Of a stretch of 64,000 nucleotides of DNA, positions 1-8,810 are shown piece after piece (the first letter of the stretch is position 1; each line of letters begins with the position of its first letter). The position numbers and the translations under genes were made by a program. Origin of the DNA: Candidatus Latescibacterota bacterium (GTDB lineage: Bacteria > Latescibacterota > UBA2968); the NCBI GenBank assembly GCA_965116885.1, contig OZ220741.1:2176001-2240000 (forward strand), in the 5' to 3' direction. Below the pieces are notes generated by a model that was not told the origin of the DNA, made no database searches, and saw only the letters and a program-made list of their open reading frames with translations.

Positions 1-3000
1 ATGCATCCCAAATCTTCACTTTTGCCGCGTATTTCGGTGTTGCGACCCGTGTCCGTTACCATGTGCCTTGTCGCACTATTGGTGTTGGGGGCGGTGGCGT
101 ATGTGCGCATGCCCGTCGAGATGATGCCCGATGGTTTGACACCGCCATTTTTGGCTGTGTCTGTTGGGTTTCGCAATGCCTCTCCACAGGAGACCGATCA
201 ACAGATTACCCTGCCACTGGAAGAGACGCTGCGTACCGTAAAGGGTATTAAGTCCATGCGTAGCTACAGCTCTCGGGGCGTGCGCGTGCATATGGAATTT
301 CGCCAATATACAGATATGGTGGCTGCGTACAATCAGGTTTCAGACCGGCTCGAGCGCCTCAAGCCCTTGCTGCCAGAAGAGGCGCGAGACGAGGTGCGTA
401 TTCACAAATACGATCAGGATTCGAAGTCTGTTATGTATGTGTCTGTGTCGATAGACTCGACCATTACAGAACCCTTTCAGTTTATCGAGACCTTTGTGCA
501 ATATCCTCTGGAGCGCGTGGATGGGGTTGGGCGCGTGGATATTTTTGGCGCGGATCGCAAGGAAGTGATGGTGGAGGTGGATCAAGAGCGCATGAGGGCG
601 CGCGGTGTGCGCATTGGCGAGATTGTTTCGACCTTGAGGGGCGACAATTTTTCACTTGCCGGGGGGTATGTGCGGGAGGGACCAAAGAAATTTTACGTGC
701 GGTCGCTGGCGCAGTATGTCACGTTGCGGGAAATTGAAAATATCCAGATTCAATCGCGGGCAGGCAAGGTGCGCCTGGGCGATGTGGCTTCGGTGGTTTT
801 CGAGGTGCCCGAAAAATCGTGGACGCAGCGCATTGATGGCAAAAGAGGTATGAGTTTTGGTATCAAACAGGAATCGGGTGCAAATATCGTGGATGTGACC
901 GATCGGGTTTTAGCGAAATTGAAAGCTATCGAAGAAGATCCGCGCATGGCCGGGCAGGTGTCGTTTCAAGTGCTGTTCAATCAGGGATTTTTTGTCAAGG
1001 AATCGATTCGCAATCTTCGGGAAACCGGACTTTGGGGCGGGTTATTTGCCGCGCTGGTGTTGTTGTTCTTTTTGCGTACCGTGCGGATGACGGCCATTAT
1101 TACTTTGGCTATTCCGCTGTGTGTGATGATTGCGATGACCGCGTTGTATTTTGTCGGCTGGTCGCTCAATGTGGTGACTATGATGGGTCTTATGGTTGGG
1201 ATTGGGTTGGTTGTGGATAATTCTATTGTGATTTTGGAGAATATTTATCGCCGGCGTGGAAATGGCGAGGCACCCGAAGATGCTGCTATATTTGGCGCGA
1301 GTGAGGTGGGGCAGGCCATTACTATGGCGACGTTTACGACGGTGGTGGTGTTTTTGCCTATGATGTTGTTTAGCGGCGATATGTTTATGACTTTTTACAT
1401 GACGCGCCTGGGCGTTCCGGTTGGGGTGGCTCTGGTGGGGTCGCTATTTGTGGCGCTGTTGTTTATTCCCCTGGCATCTGTGCGATTGGGCAAAGGTCGG
1501 GTGCGTCCCAATTCCAAAATTATTGTGAAGGCGCGAGGAATTTATGAGCGCATGTTGAGTTGGACATTGCGACACCGCCGGGACGCGGTGTTGATCGCGC
1601 TGGCACTTGCGGCAACGACGATGTATCCCCTGGATAATCTGAAGCGCGCAGACCGCCACCGCGGTGGTGCGTTTAACGATTTGGATGTGCGGTTGAGGTT
1701 GCCGCGTCACTTTTCGCCGGAAGAAACCGAGGATATTGTGGGAGAGGTCGAGGAATTTCTGGAGGCGCGGCGTGAAAAATACGGCTATGAAACCCTGCGC
1801 GTTTACTACCGACCTGGTTACGGTAATCTGAGCTTGTATATGCCGGCCAAGAGCGATGATCCTTGGTGGTACGTGGCGTACAAAAATACGCGCAGTGCCT
1901 TGGGGATACCCGTTGCTGGACCAATGGAACGGGCTGAGGTCGCGGAAGATATTAGCAAAAATATGCCCAGATATGTGGGTGTGCGGCATTCTGTGGAAGG
2001 GGCTCGCAATGAGGGCGGTGGTAGTGATCCGGGCGTATCGATTTATCTGGAAGGCGATGATACTGAGGTCCTCATCAGTCTCGTCGATGAGGTCGAGCGA
2101 CGCTTGCGGCAGATCCCGTCTCTCGTCGGTGTTGATACGGATTTGGAACTTGCCGATGACGAGGTGCGGGTCGTGATTGATCGGGAACGGGCGAAACGAC
2201 TTGGGATTTCTGTACGGGATGTTGCGCGCTATATCTCTTATGGTCTGCAAGGGGTGTCGTTGCCTCGTTTTAAGTCCGATGATGGCGAGGTGCGGGTGCG
2301 GCTTTTTCTGGATAGGACAGACCGACAAAATTTGAATCAGTTGCGCAATTTTCCGTTTGAGGCCGACGATGGTACAGAAGTGGCTTTGAACGATGTCGCC
2401 TTCTTCCAGGTCTCGCGGGGAATGGGGCGCATTGCGCGGTACGATGGCAAGGTCAAGTTGCGTATCAGGGCTTATACGACGCGGACAGATATTAGGGGTC
2501 TGGCCGCGGAGATTGACAAAGTGATGGCTGGTCTCGAGTTGCCCCGCGGGTATTCGTGGGACAAGGGAGAGAGTTTCAAACGCCTTGAAGAGGACGCAGC
2601 CTCTGAGCGACTGGGGATTGTGATGGCGGTGACGTGTGTGTTTTTGTTGATGGGCGTTTTGTTCGAGTCGTTTATTTTGCCGTTTTCAGTACTTTTTTCA
2701 ATTCCATTTTCTTTTTTGGGTGTTTACTGGACGCTGTATTTGACAGGTACGCCCATGGATAGGATGGCGTCTGTGGGTGTGATTGTGTTGATCGGTGTGG
2801 TGGTGAATAACGCGATTGTGCTGGTGGATATGGTCAATCGCTTGCGTGCCGATGGCATGAATCGCTTTGATGCAATTATGGAAGCGGGGCACAATCGCTT
2901 TCGCCCCATTATGATGACGACGTTTACAACGGTATTTGGCTTGCTGCCCATGGCTGTGGGCGATAGCAATGCAATGGGCATGTCTTATGCGCCTTTGGGA

Positions 3001-3168
3001 CGCACGATGATGGGTGGGCTGTTGGCTTCGACGTTCCTGACGTTGCTGGTTGTGCCCTTATTTTATACCTTGCTCGACGATTTGCGTCTGGCGTTTCGGC
3101 GTTTGAGCGCGGGTGTGTTTGCCTCTCGCGCGAGGGATGAGGCTTATGATACGGCCGACGATGATTGA
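1..3168 (+). CDS. RND efflux transporter permease subunit (AcrB/AcrD/AcrF family)
   Basis: 1055 aa. N-terminal RPVSVTM TM, TM4 GLVVDNSIVILENI, GVVVNNAIVLVD and RFRPIMMTT motifs. Start lies at the window edge, so it is uncertain. Confidence 0.93.
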   Translation: MHPKSSLLPRISVLRPVSVTMCLVALLVLGAVAYVRMPVEMMPDGLTPPFLAVSVGFRNASPQETDQQITLPLEETLRTVKGIKSMRSYSSRGVRVHMEFRQYTDMVAAYNQVSDRLERLKPLLPEEARDEVRIHKYDQDSKSVMYVSVSIDSTITEPFQFIETFVQYPLERVDGVGRVDIFGADRKEVMVEVDQERMRARGVRIGEIVSTLRGDNFSLAGGYVREGPKKFYVRSLAQYVTLREIENIQIQSRAGKVRLGDVASVVFEVPEKSWTQRIDGKRGMSFGIKQESGANIVDVTDRVLAKLKAIEEDPRMAGQVSFQVLFNQGFFVKESIRNLRETGLWGGLFAALVLLFFLRTVRMTAIITLAIPLCVMIAMTALYFVGWSLNVVTMMGLMVGIGLVVDNSIVILENIYRRRGNGEAPEDAAIFGASEVGQAITMATFTTVVVFLPMMLFSGDMFMTFYMTRLGVPVGVALVGSLFVALLFIPLASVRLGKGRVRPNSKIIVKARGIYERMLSWTLRHRRDAVLIALALAATTMYPLDNLKRADRHRGGAFNDLDVRLRLPRHFSPEETEDIVGEVEEFLEARREKYGYETLRVYYRPGYGNLSLYMPAKSDDPWWYVAYKNTRSALGIPVAGPMERAEVAEDISKNMPRYVGVRHSVEGARNEGGGSDPGVSIYLEGDDTEVLISLVDEVERRLRQIPSLVGVDTDLELADDEVRVVIDRERAKRLGISVRDVARYISYGLQGVSLPRFKSDDGEVRVRLFLDRTDRQNLNQLRNFPFEADDGTEVALNDVAFFQVSRGMGRIARYDGKVKLRIRAYTTRTDIRGLAAEIDKVMAGLELPRGYSWDKGESFKRLEEDAASERLGIVMAVTCVFLLMGVLFESFILPFSVLFSIPFSFLGVYWTLYLTGTPMDRMASVGVIVLIGVVVNNAIVLVDMVNRLRADGMNRFDAIMEAGHNRFRPIMMTTFTTVFGLLPMAVGDSNAMGMSYAPLGRTMMGGLLASTFLTLLVVPLFYTLLDDLRLAFRRLSAGVFASRARDEAYDTADDD

Positions 3169-3179
3169 GAGGATGCGTA

Positions 3180-3266
3180 ATGGAAACAGTCATTGGCATG
3201 ATCGTGGTAACGGGCCTGTGTGGGCTTGTCGCCTTGCTGGTAAGGTGGCAGGCAAAGAAAAAATAA
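3180..3266 (+). CDS. 28-aa single-pass membrane peptide (METVIGMIVVTGLCGLVALLVRWQAKKK), not in the ORF track
   Basis: GAGGA SD before ATG 3180, 11 nt after the RND stop. One hydrophobic helix plus a basic tail, followed directly by a terminator. Confidence 0.6.
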   Translation: METVIGMIVVTGLCGLVALLVRWQAKKK

Positions 3267-3271
3267 TAATT

Positions 3272-3299
3272 GTGGCGGTTTTGAGACCGCCACTTTTTT
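3272..3299 (+). terminator. Intrinsic terminator
   Basis: GTGGCGGT-tttgag-ACCGCCAC followed by T6. Confidence 0.85.
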
Positions 3300-3311
3300 G
3301 TTGGATTTTTT

Positions 3312-4337
3312 ATGCTTGAGATAGACGATTTAGACAAGCGTCCGCTGATGGGCATTACGATGGGCGATCCGTGTGGTATAGGACCCGAAGTGATTTTGAA
3401 GGCTCTGGCGCGTGAGGAAAGCTATCGCGTGTGCAAGCCATTGGTTATTGGGCATCCCGAAATATTGTATCGCGATATGGGTATGGCCGGTGTGCGACTG
3501 GATGTGCGGGTTGTGGATCGACCCGAAGATGGCGCGTTTGAGTTTGGATGCGTTGATGTCTGGTGTCCGGTGGATGTGGATATGGATCAGATCTCAATGG
3601 GCAAAGTGTGTTGCGAGGCGGGTAGAGTAGCGGCTGAGTGGGTGATTCGCGCGGTTGATCTGGCGATGGCGGATCGCATTGACGGGATTGTGACGGCGCC
3701 TTTGAATAAGGAGGCGATGAATCTGGCGGGTTATCCCTACGCGGGGCATACGGAATTGTTGGCTGAGAAATCGGATGCAGGACGCGCACATCTCATGCTG
3801 GTATCTGATCGCATGAATGTGTCGCATGTGACGGGGCATATTGCGTTGCACGAGGTTCCAGATAGGCTTACGGTCGATCTGATTTACGATACGGTTCGGT
3901 TAACCCGAGATGTGCTTATCGGCATGGGGAAGTTAGATCCCAGGGTTGCGGTATGCGGGTTAAATCCACACGCGGGCGAAAATGGCTTGTTTGGTAGCGA
4001 GGATGCAGAGGTTGTCCGTCCGGCTGTTGAAAAGGCTCTGAGCAAAGGCTGGCGCGTTGATGGGCCTCTGCCTGCGGATACGACTTTTTTGAAGGCCTAC
4101 AATGGAATATACGACGGGGTGGTGGCGATGTATCACGATCAAGGCCATGTGCCCGCAAAGCTGGTGGCGTTTGACGAGGCTGTCAATGTGACCCTGGGCT
4201 TGCCGATTGTGCGGACGTCTGTGGATCACGGTACGGCTTATGATATCGCGGGCAAGGGTATCGCTAAGGCCGTGAATATGTTGCAGGCGATTCGCGTGGG
4301 GAGTAAGTTGGCGATTTTTACTTCATCCCCGCGATGA
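3312..4337 (+). CDS. pdxA: 4-hydroxythreonine-4-phosphate dehydrogenase PdxA family
   Basis: TMGDPCGIGPE, TAPLNKE, GHTE, GLNPHAGE, AMYHDQG and RTSVDHGTAYDIAGKG motifs. Could be the PdxA2 catabolic paralog. Confidence 0.92.
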   Translation: MLEIDDLDKRPLMGITMGDPCGIGPEVILKALAREESYRVCKPLVIGHPEILYRDMGMAGVRLDVRVVDRPEDGAFEFGCVDVWCPVDVDMDQISMGKVCCEAGRVAAEWVIRAVDLAMADRIDGIVTAPLNKEAMNLAGYPYAGHTELLAEKSDAGRAHLMLVSDRMNVSHVTGHIALHEVPDRLTVDLIYDTVRLTRDVLIGMGKLDPRVAVCGLNPHAGENGLFGSEDAEVVRPAVEKALSKGWRVDGPLPADTTFLKAYNGIYDGVVAMYHDQGHVPAKLVAFDEAVNVTLGLPIVRTSVDHGTAYDIAGKGIAKAVNMLQAIRVGSKLAIFTSSPR

Positions 4338-4695
4338 CGTCGAGGAGTATGAGGTGTGCGCCGGTATCGCCGAAGATGGGTGTGCGCGTGGGTGCGTTGT
4401 CGGGGAAAAATTCGGCGTAGGCGTCGTTGAAGTCCGAGAAAAGAGAGCGGTCCTGGAGGATGGCGGTTACTTTCAGGACGTTGTCGAGCGATGTTCCCGC
4501 GTCTTCGAGTATGCCCGATATGTTGGTGAGAATGCATCGGGTTTGCGTTTTGATATCGTCTCCGACAATTTCATCGGTTTCCGGATCGACCGGGGGTTGG
4601 GCAGAGATGAAGATGAGGTCGCCGTAGATTATGGCTTGCGAGTAGGGGAATTTGGGGATGTTGCCGCGTTTGCTGGTGAAGGGTTGTTTTTTCAT
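4318..4695 (-). CDS. RidA/YjgF/UK114 family protein
   Basis: PYSQAI, LEDAGTSLDNVLKVT, FNDAYAEFF, PTRT motifs. Confidence 0.9.
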   Translation of the reverse strand: MKKQPFTSKRGNIPKFPYSQAIIYGDLIFISAQPPVDPETDEIVGDDIKTQTRCILTNISGILEDAGTSLDNVLKVTAILQDRSLFSDFNDAYAEFFPDNAPTRTPIFGDTGAHLILLDVIAGMK

Positions 4696-4845
4696 TGTGG
4701 TCTCCTTGTGAAATGAGTATTGAGGATGCGTAATATAATTCCCTATGAGAAAAAATAAAAGGTATATGGGATGGGAGATGGTAGGTGGGAACGTTCTGGC
4801 GTATTGGGTGGTCTAAGGGTTAGTAATTAAAAATAGGAATGCGTT

Positions 4846-5325
4846 TTGGATATCTCAACTCAACGATCTCGGTGGGGAGACGCCGATACGCTTCGGCGTT
4901 TTGTTCTCGCTATTTTGATAATGGGAATTGTCGGTACGGGAGCCGAGCTTGTCCTCCTTGAGCATATGGAGGATTTCTGGCAGTGGGTGCCTCTCGTGCT
5001 CTTTGTGGCGGCGCTTCCGTGCGCTGGCTGGCTCTTTATCGCGCCTGGCGTGGCGAGTGTCCGCGTTTTTCAGATTGTGATGGTGCTGTTCGTTGTTTCG
5101 GGTTTTGTCGGGCAGTGGCTTCACTACAAGGGAAATGTCGAGTTCGAGCTGGAGATGTATCCATCCCGCAGTGGGCTTGAGCTCGTTTGGGAGGCTCTGG
5201 GGGGGGCTACCCCTTCGCTGGCACCAGGGACGATGACACTTCTCGGGTTGCTCGGTTTAGCGGTTTGTTTTCGCCACCCCGGTTTGCGGGCTGGTGAAGT
5301 GAGAAATTCTCAGGAGGGAATATGA
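4846..5325 (+). CDS. Hypothetical four-TM membrane protein
   Basis: Four hydrophobic segments with EH, LHY and PSLAPG motifs. Stop overlaps the next start (ATGA). Confidence 0.75.
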   Translation: MDISTQRSRWGDADTLRRFVLAILIMGIVGTGAELVLLEHMEDFWQWVPLVLFVAALPCAGWLFIAPGVASVRVFQIVMVLFVVSGFVGQWLHYKGNVEFELEMYPSRSGLELVWEALGGATPSLAPGTMTLLGLLGLAVCFRHPGLRAGEVRNSQEGI

Positions 5326-6017
5326 ATATTCGCGGTAGAAGAGAGAAATTTACCAATATGGCGGTGTTACTCGTGTGTTTTGCGATGCTCTGGGGTTGTG
5401 GTGGGTCGAATGTGGAAGAGACACCTGTCTCCGACGCTCCTGCGGAAGAAGCCGCGAGTAGTGCAATGGTCGTCAATCCAAATCTCGCAGGTACCGATGA
5501 ACTCGGCGCGCTTCCCGGGATGAGCAAAGAGCTCGCTGACGCGATTGTGGCGCAGCGCCCGTTCCTCGGTATGGTAGCATTGCACCCGGTCGTGTCGCAG
5601 CATCTCGGTCTGGAGGAGGTCGAGAAGCTCTACGTTCAGATGTTTATTCCGCTTAATCTGAATACTGCCAGCGAGGAGGAGATTCTTCTGGTGCCCGGCG
5701 TGGGAAAGCGGATGGCGCACGAGTTTGAGGAGTACCGTCCTTATACGGCTATTGCCCAATGGCGCCGTGAGATGGGCAAATACGTAGATGATACCGAGGT
5801 TGCGCGGATGGCGCAGTATGTTTTTGTGCCTATCGACTTGAATACGGCTGCTGAGAAGGAGATCCTCGCCATTCCGGGCGTGGGAAAGCGGATGGCACAC
5901 GAGTTTGAGGAGTACCGTCCGTATTCGAGTATGGAACAGTTCCGGCGCGAGATTGGCAAGTATGTCGATGATGGCGAGGTGGCGCGTCTGGAGCGGTACG
6001 TGGAGATTCGACCTTAG
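5322..6017 (+). CDS. Lipoprotein with three helix-hairpin-helix (ComEA-like) repeats
   Basis: Lipobox-like LWGC. Repeats of LNTA..EEIL..PGVGKRMAHEFEEYRPY with a 180-bp DNA period. Confidence 0.85.
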   Translation: MNIRGRREKFTNMAVLLVCFAMLWGCGGSNVEETPVSDAPAEEAASSAMVVNPNLAGTDELGALPGMSKELADAIVAQRPFLGMVALHPVVSQHLGLEEVEKLYVQMFIPLNLNTASEEEILLVPGVGKRMAHEFEEYRPYTAIAQWRREMGKYVDDTEVARMAQYVFVPIDLNTAAEKEILAIPGVGKRMAHEFEEYRPYSSMEQFRREIGKYVDDGEVARLERYVEIRP

Positions 6018-6078
6018 TGTTTTTTTATTCAGATTGCCTATATTGAGTTTGATTATCTAATGTAGAAGATTTTATGCA

Positions 6079-6786
6079 ATGGAGGTTGTGATGTCTGTTA
6101 ATCGCCGACGTTTTCTATGTCAGTCCGCTGCATTGGGTGCGGCGGTTTTTGTGACACCAGGGGTTTTTGCCGAGCAACTGACGCTTACGCCCCGGCAGAC
6201 CGAGGGTCCGTTTTATCCGGATAAGATGCCGCTGGATGTCGATAATGATCTCGTGATAATCAACGATGCGATTACGCCCGCAGTGGGAGAGATTACGCAT
6301 TTGACCGGGCGTGTTCTGGATGTGAATGCCAATCCCATAAAGAATGCCATAGTGGAGATCTGGCAGGTCGATAGCAATGGGGTTTATATCCATACCGAGG
6401 CTCCGAGGCGCGACAGGCGAGACGCGAATTTTCAGGGTTTTGGGCGTTTTGAGACGGGATCTACGGGTGAGTACCGCTTTCGGACGATTAAGCCCGTGCG
6501 GTACGGGGGGTCGCGAACCGCTCATATTCATTTTGCGATTAATAAAAATGGGCACCGGCTTTTGACGTCGCAGATGTACGTGAAAGACAATCCGGACAAT
6601 GAATGGGATTCTATTTTCAGAAATACGGGTCGCGCGTCTCACGATTTGTTGTCCGTGCCGTTTAAGCCATTGCCCGGGTCTGAGGTTGGCGAATTGACGG
6701 CAAATTTTGATGTTGTGATTGGCGAGTCGCCCGAAGACCGGGAAAATGACCGAGGGCGACGAGGCCGACGGCGCGGGTGGTGGTAA
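6079..6786 (+). CDS. Tat-exported intradiol ring-cleavage dioxygenase (protocatechuate 3,4-dioxygenase-like)
   Basis: NRRRFL twin-Arg signal; EGPFYP, VEIWQVD..GVY, FRTIKP..Y, AHIHF (Tyr/Tyr/His/His iron ligands). Start may be 6091. Confidence 0.88.
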   Translation: MEVVMSVNRRRFLCQSAALGAAVFVTPGVFAEQLTLTPRQTEGPFYPDKMPLDVDNDLVIINDAITPAVGEITHLTGRVLDVNANPIKNAIVEIWQVDSNGVYIHTEAPRRDRRDANFQGFGRFETGSTGEYRFRTIKPVRYGGSRTAHIHFAINKNGHRLLTSQMYVKDNPDNEWDSIFRNTGRASHDLLSVPFKPLPGSEVGELTANFDVVIGESPEDRENDRGRRGRRRGWW

Positions 6787-6801
6787 AAAGATAGGATATG
6801 C

Positions 6802-6830
6802 TTGACGGAATGATCATTTCTGGCTATTCT
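6802..6830 (+). promoter_or_regulatory. Sigma70-like promoter with palindromic operator candidate in the spacer
   Basis: TTGACG-N17-TATTCT; the spacer holds the palindrome AATGATCATT (6809-6818). Confidence 0.55.
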
Positions 6831-6891
6831 TTTTTGCACTGATGGTCCATTTCGACGACTGTGGTAAAAGTTCTGGCTAAGGATTTGCTGA

Positions 6892-7293
6892 ATGCATAGA
6901 ACACCCGAGATTGTTTTCCGGGCAATGAAAGAGGATTTTGATGGTAAACCTCTCGTGGAAAGGTCGGCAAGGGCATTAGGAGTTCGCATAAGTGGACCAT
7001 CTGTAGATATCTCAATTGATGAGAAAGGCGAAGTGCTTCCTAAGACGGGAGGGATGTCTGTAACGCCAGATTCTCTTCATCTGCTGCCGTATATAAGAAA
7101 GCCCAAAGCTTTGGGTGGTGAAGGACGCGACCCGGTTTTTTCTTTTCAAGTGATCAATTTGCCTTCTATTTTAGCTCTACGTAGAGATACATCAAGGCAC
7201 GCGCTTGTTGAACCATCGAAGCCCTGTTTGTTCGAGGAATATGAGCAAAATTTACATGGCACCAGAGAAGATTGGGTGAAATGTCATGAGTGA
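6892..7293 (+). CDS. Tse2-like ADP-ribosyltransferase-fold toxin candidate, stand-alone
   Basis: VFR10, LGVR, GGMS56V, RH103ALVEP..LFEEYEQNL pattern recalls the R-S-H triad of the Tse2/ADPRT family. Recognised from memory, not searched. Confidence 0.6.
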   Translation: MHRTPEIVFRAMKEDFDGKPLVERSARALGVRISGPSVDISIDEKGEVLPKTGGMSVTPDSLHLLPYIRKPKALGGEGRDPVFSFQVINLPSILALRRDTSRHALVEPSKPCLFEEYEQNLHGTREDWVKCHE

Positions 7294-7564
7294 AGCTTTC
7301 GAGCGATATCGTTCTTTAGAACGCGATCTCATTTATATCCGCTGGCAACATGCAGGATTTGAATCTGATGAAGAAGAGACTATTCTGGATGTCATGGAAG
7401 AAGTTTGGTATGAATTGAGGGAAAAAGAACAGCAGTTACTGTACAGTGAAGGGACGAAGTCCCTAATCCGCGATACCATACCACATTATTGTTTGATCGA
7501 TGGAGACATTTGGAGGGAGTCCCATTCCGGCAAATTGATTCGTGATCTTGGAGGTGTAGCCTAA
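7286..7564 (+). CDS. Small acidic helical protein, candidate immunity/antitoxin
   Basis: Overlaps the upstream stop; acidic core ESDEEETILDVMEEVWYELREKE. Confidence 0.6.
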   Translation: MSEAFERYRSLERDLIYIRWQHAGFESDEEETILDVMEEVWYELREKEQQLLYSEGTKSLIRDTIPHYCLIDGDIWRESHSGKLIRDLGGVA

Positions 7565-8298
7565 TGTATCTTACTGCACAACGGATTCTGCGGATAAAGG
7601 ACAAGAAGGGGGGGATCAATGTTTTTCTGTATCAACACGGTAAGCATGATTTGCCTCCAAATGCACAATTTAGCAACGTTGACTGGATCACCAATCAGTA
7701 TCCTGGAAAACTTATCGCGGAATCTGTAGATTTAGTGCCAGGAGGCAATGCCGTTCTGAGCTTTATCGATATTGTTGGCAGGGAGGGGCTCGACAAAGAG
7801 TGCATACAGTATTTCCTCGACCAAATGGAATGCAGTGTTAAGGATGTACATACTCCCATTACCGAATCTACTTCGAATCTCGCCGTTAAATTTGGAATTA
7901 CATTGGGATTAAAAGGACAGGAGATAAGAGAGTATAAAGCCCTCAAGGAAAGGGCGATGCATCTGTTGGAGTCGCCCGAGCCTCCCAGGTGGCGCACTGG
8001 GAACCCGTGGATAGTGATTTATCGCAATATTTCTCATAATCAGGAAACATTTAGCTTATCATCAGAAACCGCCGAGAAACTCAAACAGATACATAACGGG
8101 TCTTGGGACTCTTCGAGGGTTTCAATAGATCGACACACAAAGCATAATGTCGAACTCATACACGGTGACCTGATACAGCACATCGCACCGGTCTTAACCG
8201 ATTTAACGCTTGAACAAATTGCTATACAGGGTGGATTAATACTTTGCGATTCTCTGACCCAAAAAAAAATTAAATGGCCTGAACTGAGGGAAATATAG
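7564..8298 (+). CDS. Hypothetical protein, third gene of the AT-rich operon
   Basis: 244 aa, GGAGGT SD, TAATG coupling. No family recognised. Confidence 0.7.
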   Translation: MYLTAQRILRIKDKKGGINVFLYQHGKHDLPPNAQFSNVDWITNQYPGKLIAESVDLVPGGNAVLSFIDIVGREGLDKECIQYFLDQMECSVKDVHTPITESTSNLAVKFGITLGLKGQEIREYKALKERAMHLLESPEPPRWRTGNPWIVIYRNISHNQETFSLSSETAEKLKQIHNGSWDSSRVSIDRHTKHNVELIHGDLIQHIAPVLTDLTLEQIAIQGGLILCDSLTQKKIKWPELREI

Positions 8299-8323
8299 TT
8301 CAGGTAGAAATAAGGGGTATTTT

Positions 8324-8674
8324 TTGCGACGTTTTACTCACATTCTAATTATTGCATTGACGCTCATGGGAACGGTTGCGCCCTGTCTGTGCTGGGCGCA
8401 TCAGGCTTCGATGCCAGAGTGTCATGCTGCAGCAGAGTTGAAAGATTGCTGTTGTAGCAAAGAGGCGGCGGTCGATCAGCAGATGCCGGCGAGCGATCTG
8501 GCTGTTTTGCCGGGTGAATGGCAAAATCCAAAGTTGAATTTGACTTGTGTGACGTTGTATCCCTCGGTCGTTCTTTCCCAGAGTGATTTCCTTCCTTTTA
8601 TGGTGGATGATCGCCAGAGAGCTTTGCGATCACCGCCCGATCTGTATCTTCTCCACGCTGCATTTCTCATCTGA
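8324..8674 (+). CDS. Secreted Cys-rich leader protein (DUF2946/HYC_CC_PP-like) upstream of the cus operon
   Basis: Signal-like N-terminus, CH and CCC motifs, C-terminal RSPPDLYLLHAAFLI; TTG start. Confidence 0.65.
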   Translation: MRRFTHILIIALTLMGTVAPCLCWAHQASMPECHAAAELKDCCCSKEAAVDQQMPASDLAVLPGEWQNPKLNLTCVTLYPSVVLSQSDFLPFMVDDRQRALRSPPDLYLLHAAFLI

Positions 8675-8698
8675 TTTTTCTTTCCTGTGCTTGAATGG

Positions 8699-8777
8699 CG
8701 TTTGGGGATAGGTGTGTACAAAATATTCCCAAATGGTCGTTTTTTTCGCCGCATGTTTTGCGGACTTTTTCCTTTTT
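8699..8777 (+). terminator. Two terminator-like hairpins between leader ORF and TolC gene
   Basis: CGTTTGGGGATA/TATTCCCAAATG then T7; CCGCA/TGCGG then a T-rich tract. Confidence 0.45.
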
Positions 8778-8810
8778 AAATACTAAATATAGATTCTCTG
8801 GAGGTGGCTT

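Noticed and set aside
5640..6010. Near-identical HhH repeats (and the CusB repeats) as DGR template/variable repeats
   Set aside because: Both copies are in-frame parts of one protein, differences are not adenine-specific, and no reverse transcriptase is in the window.
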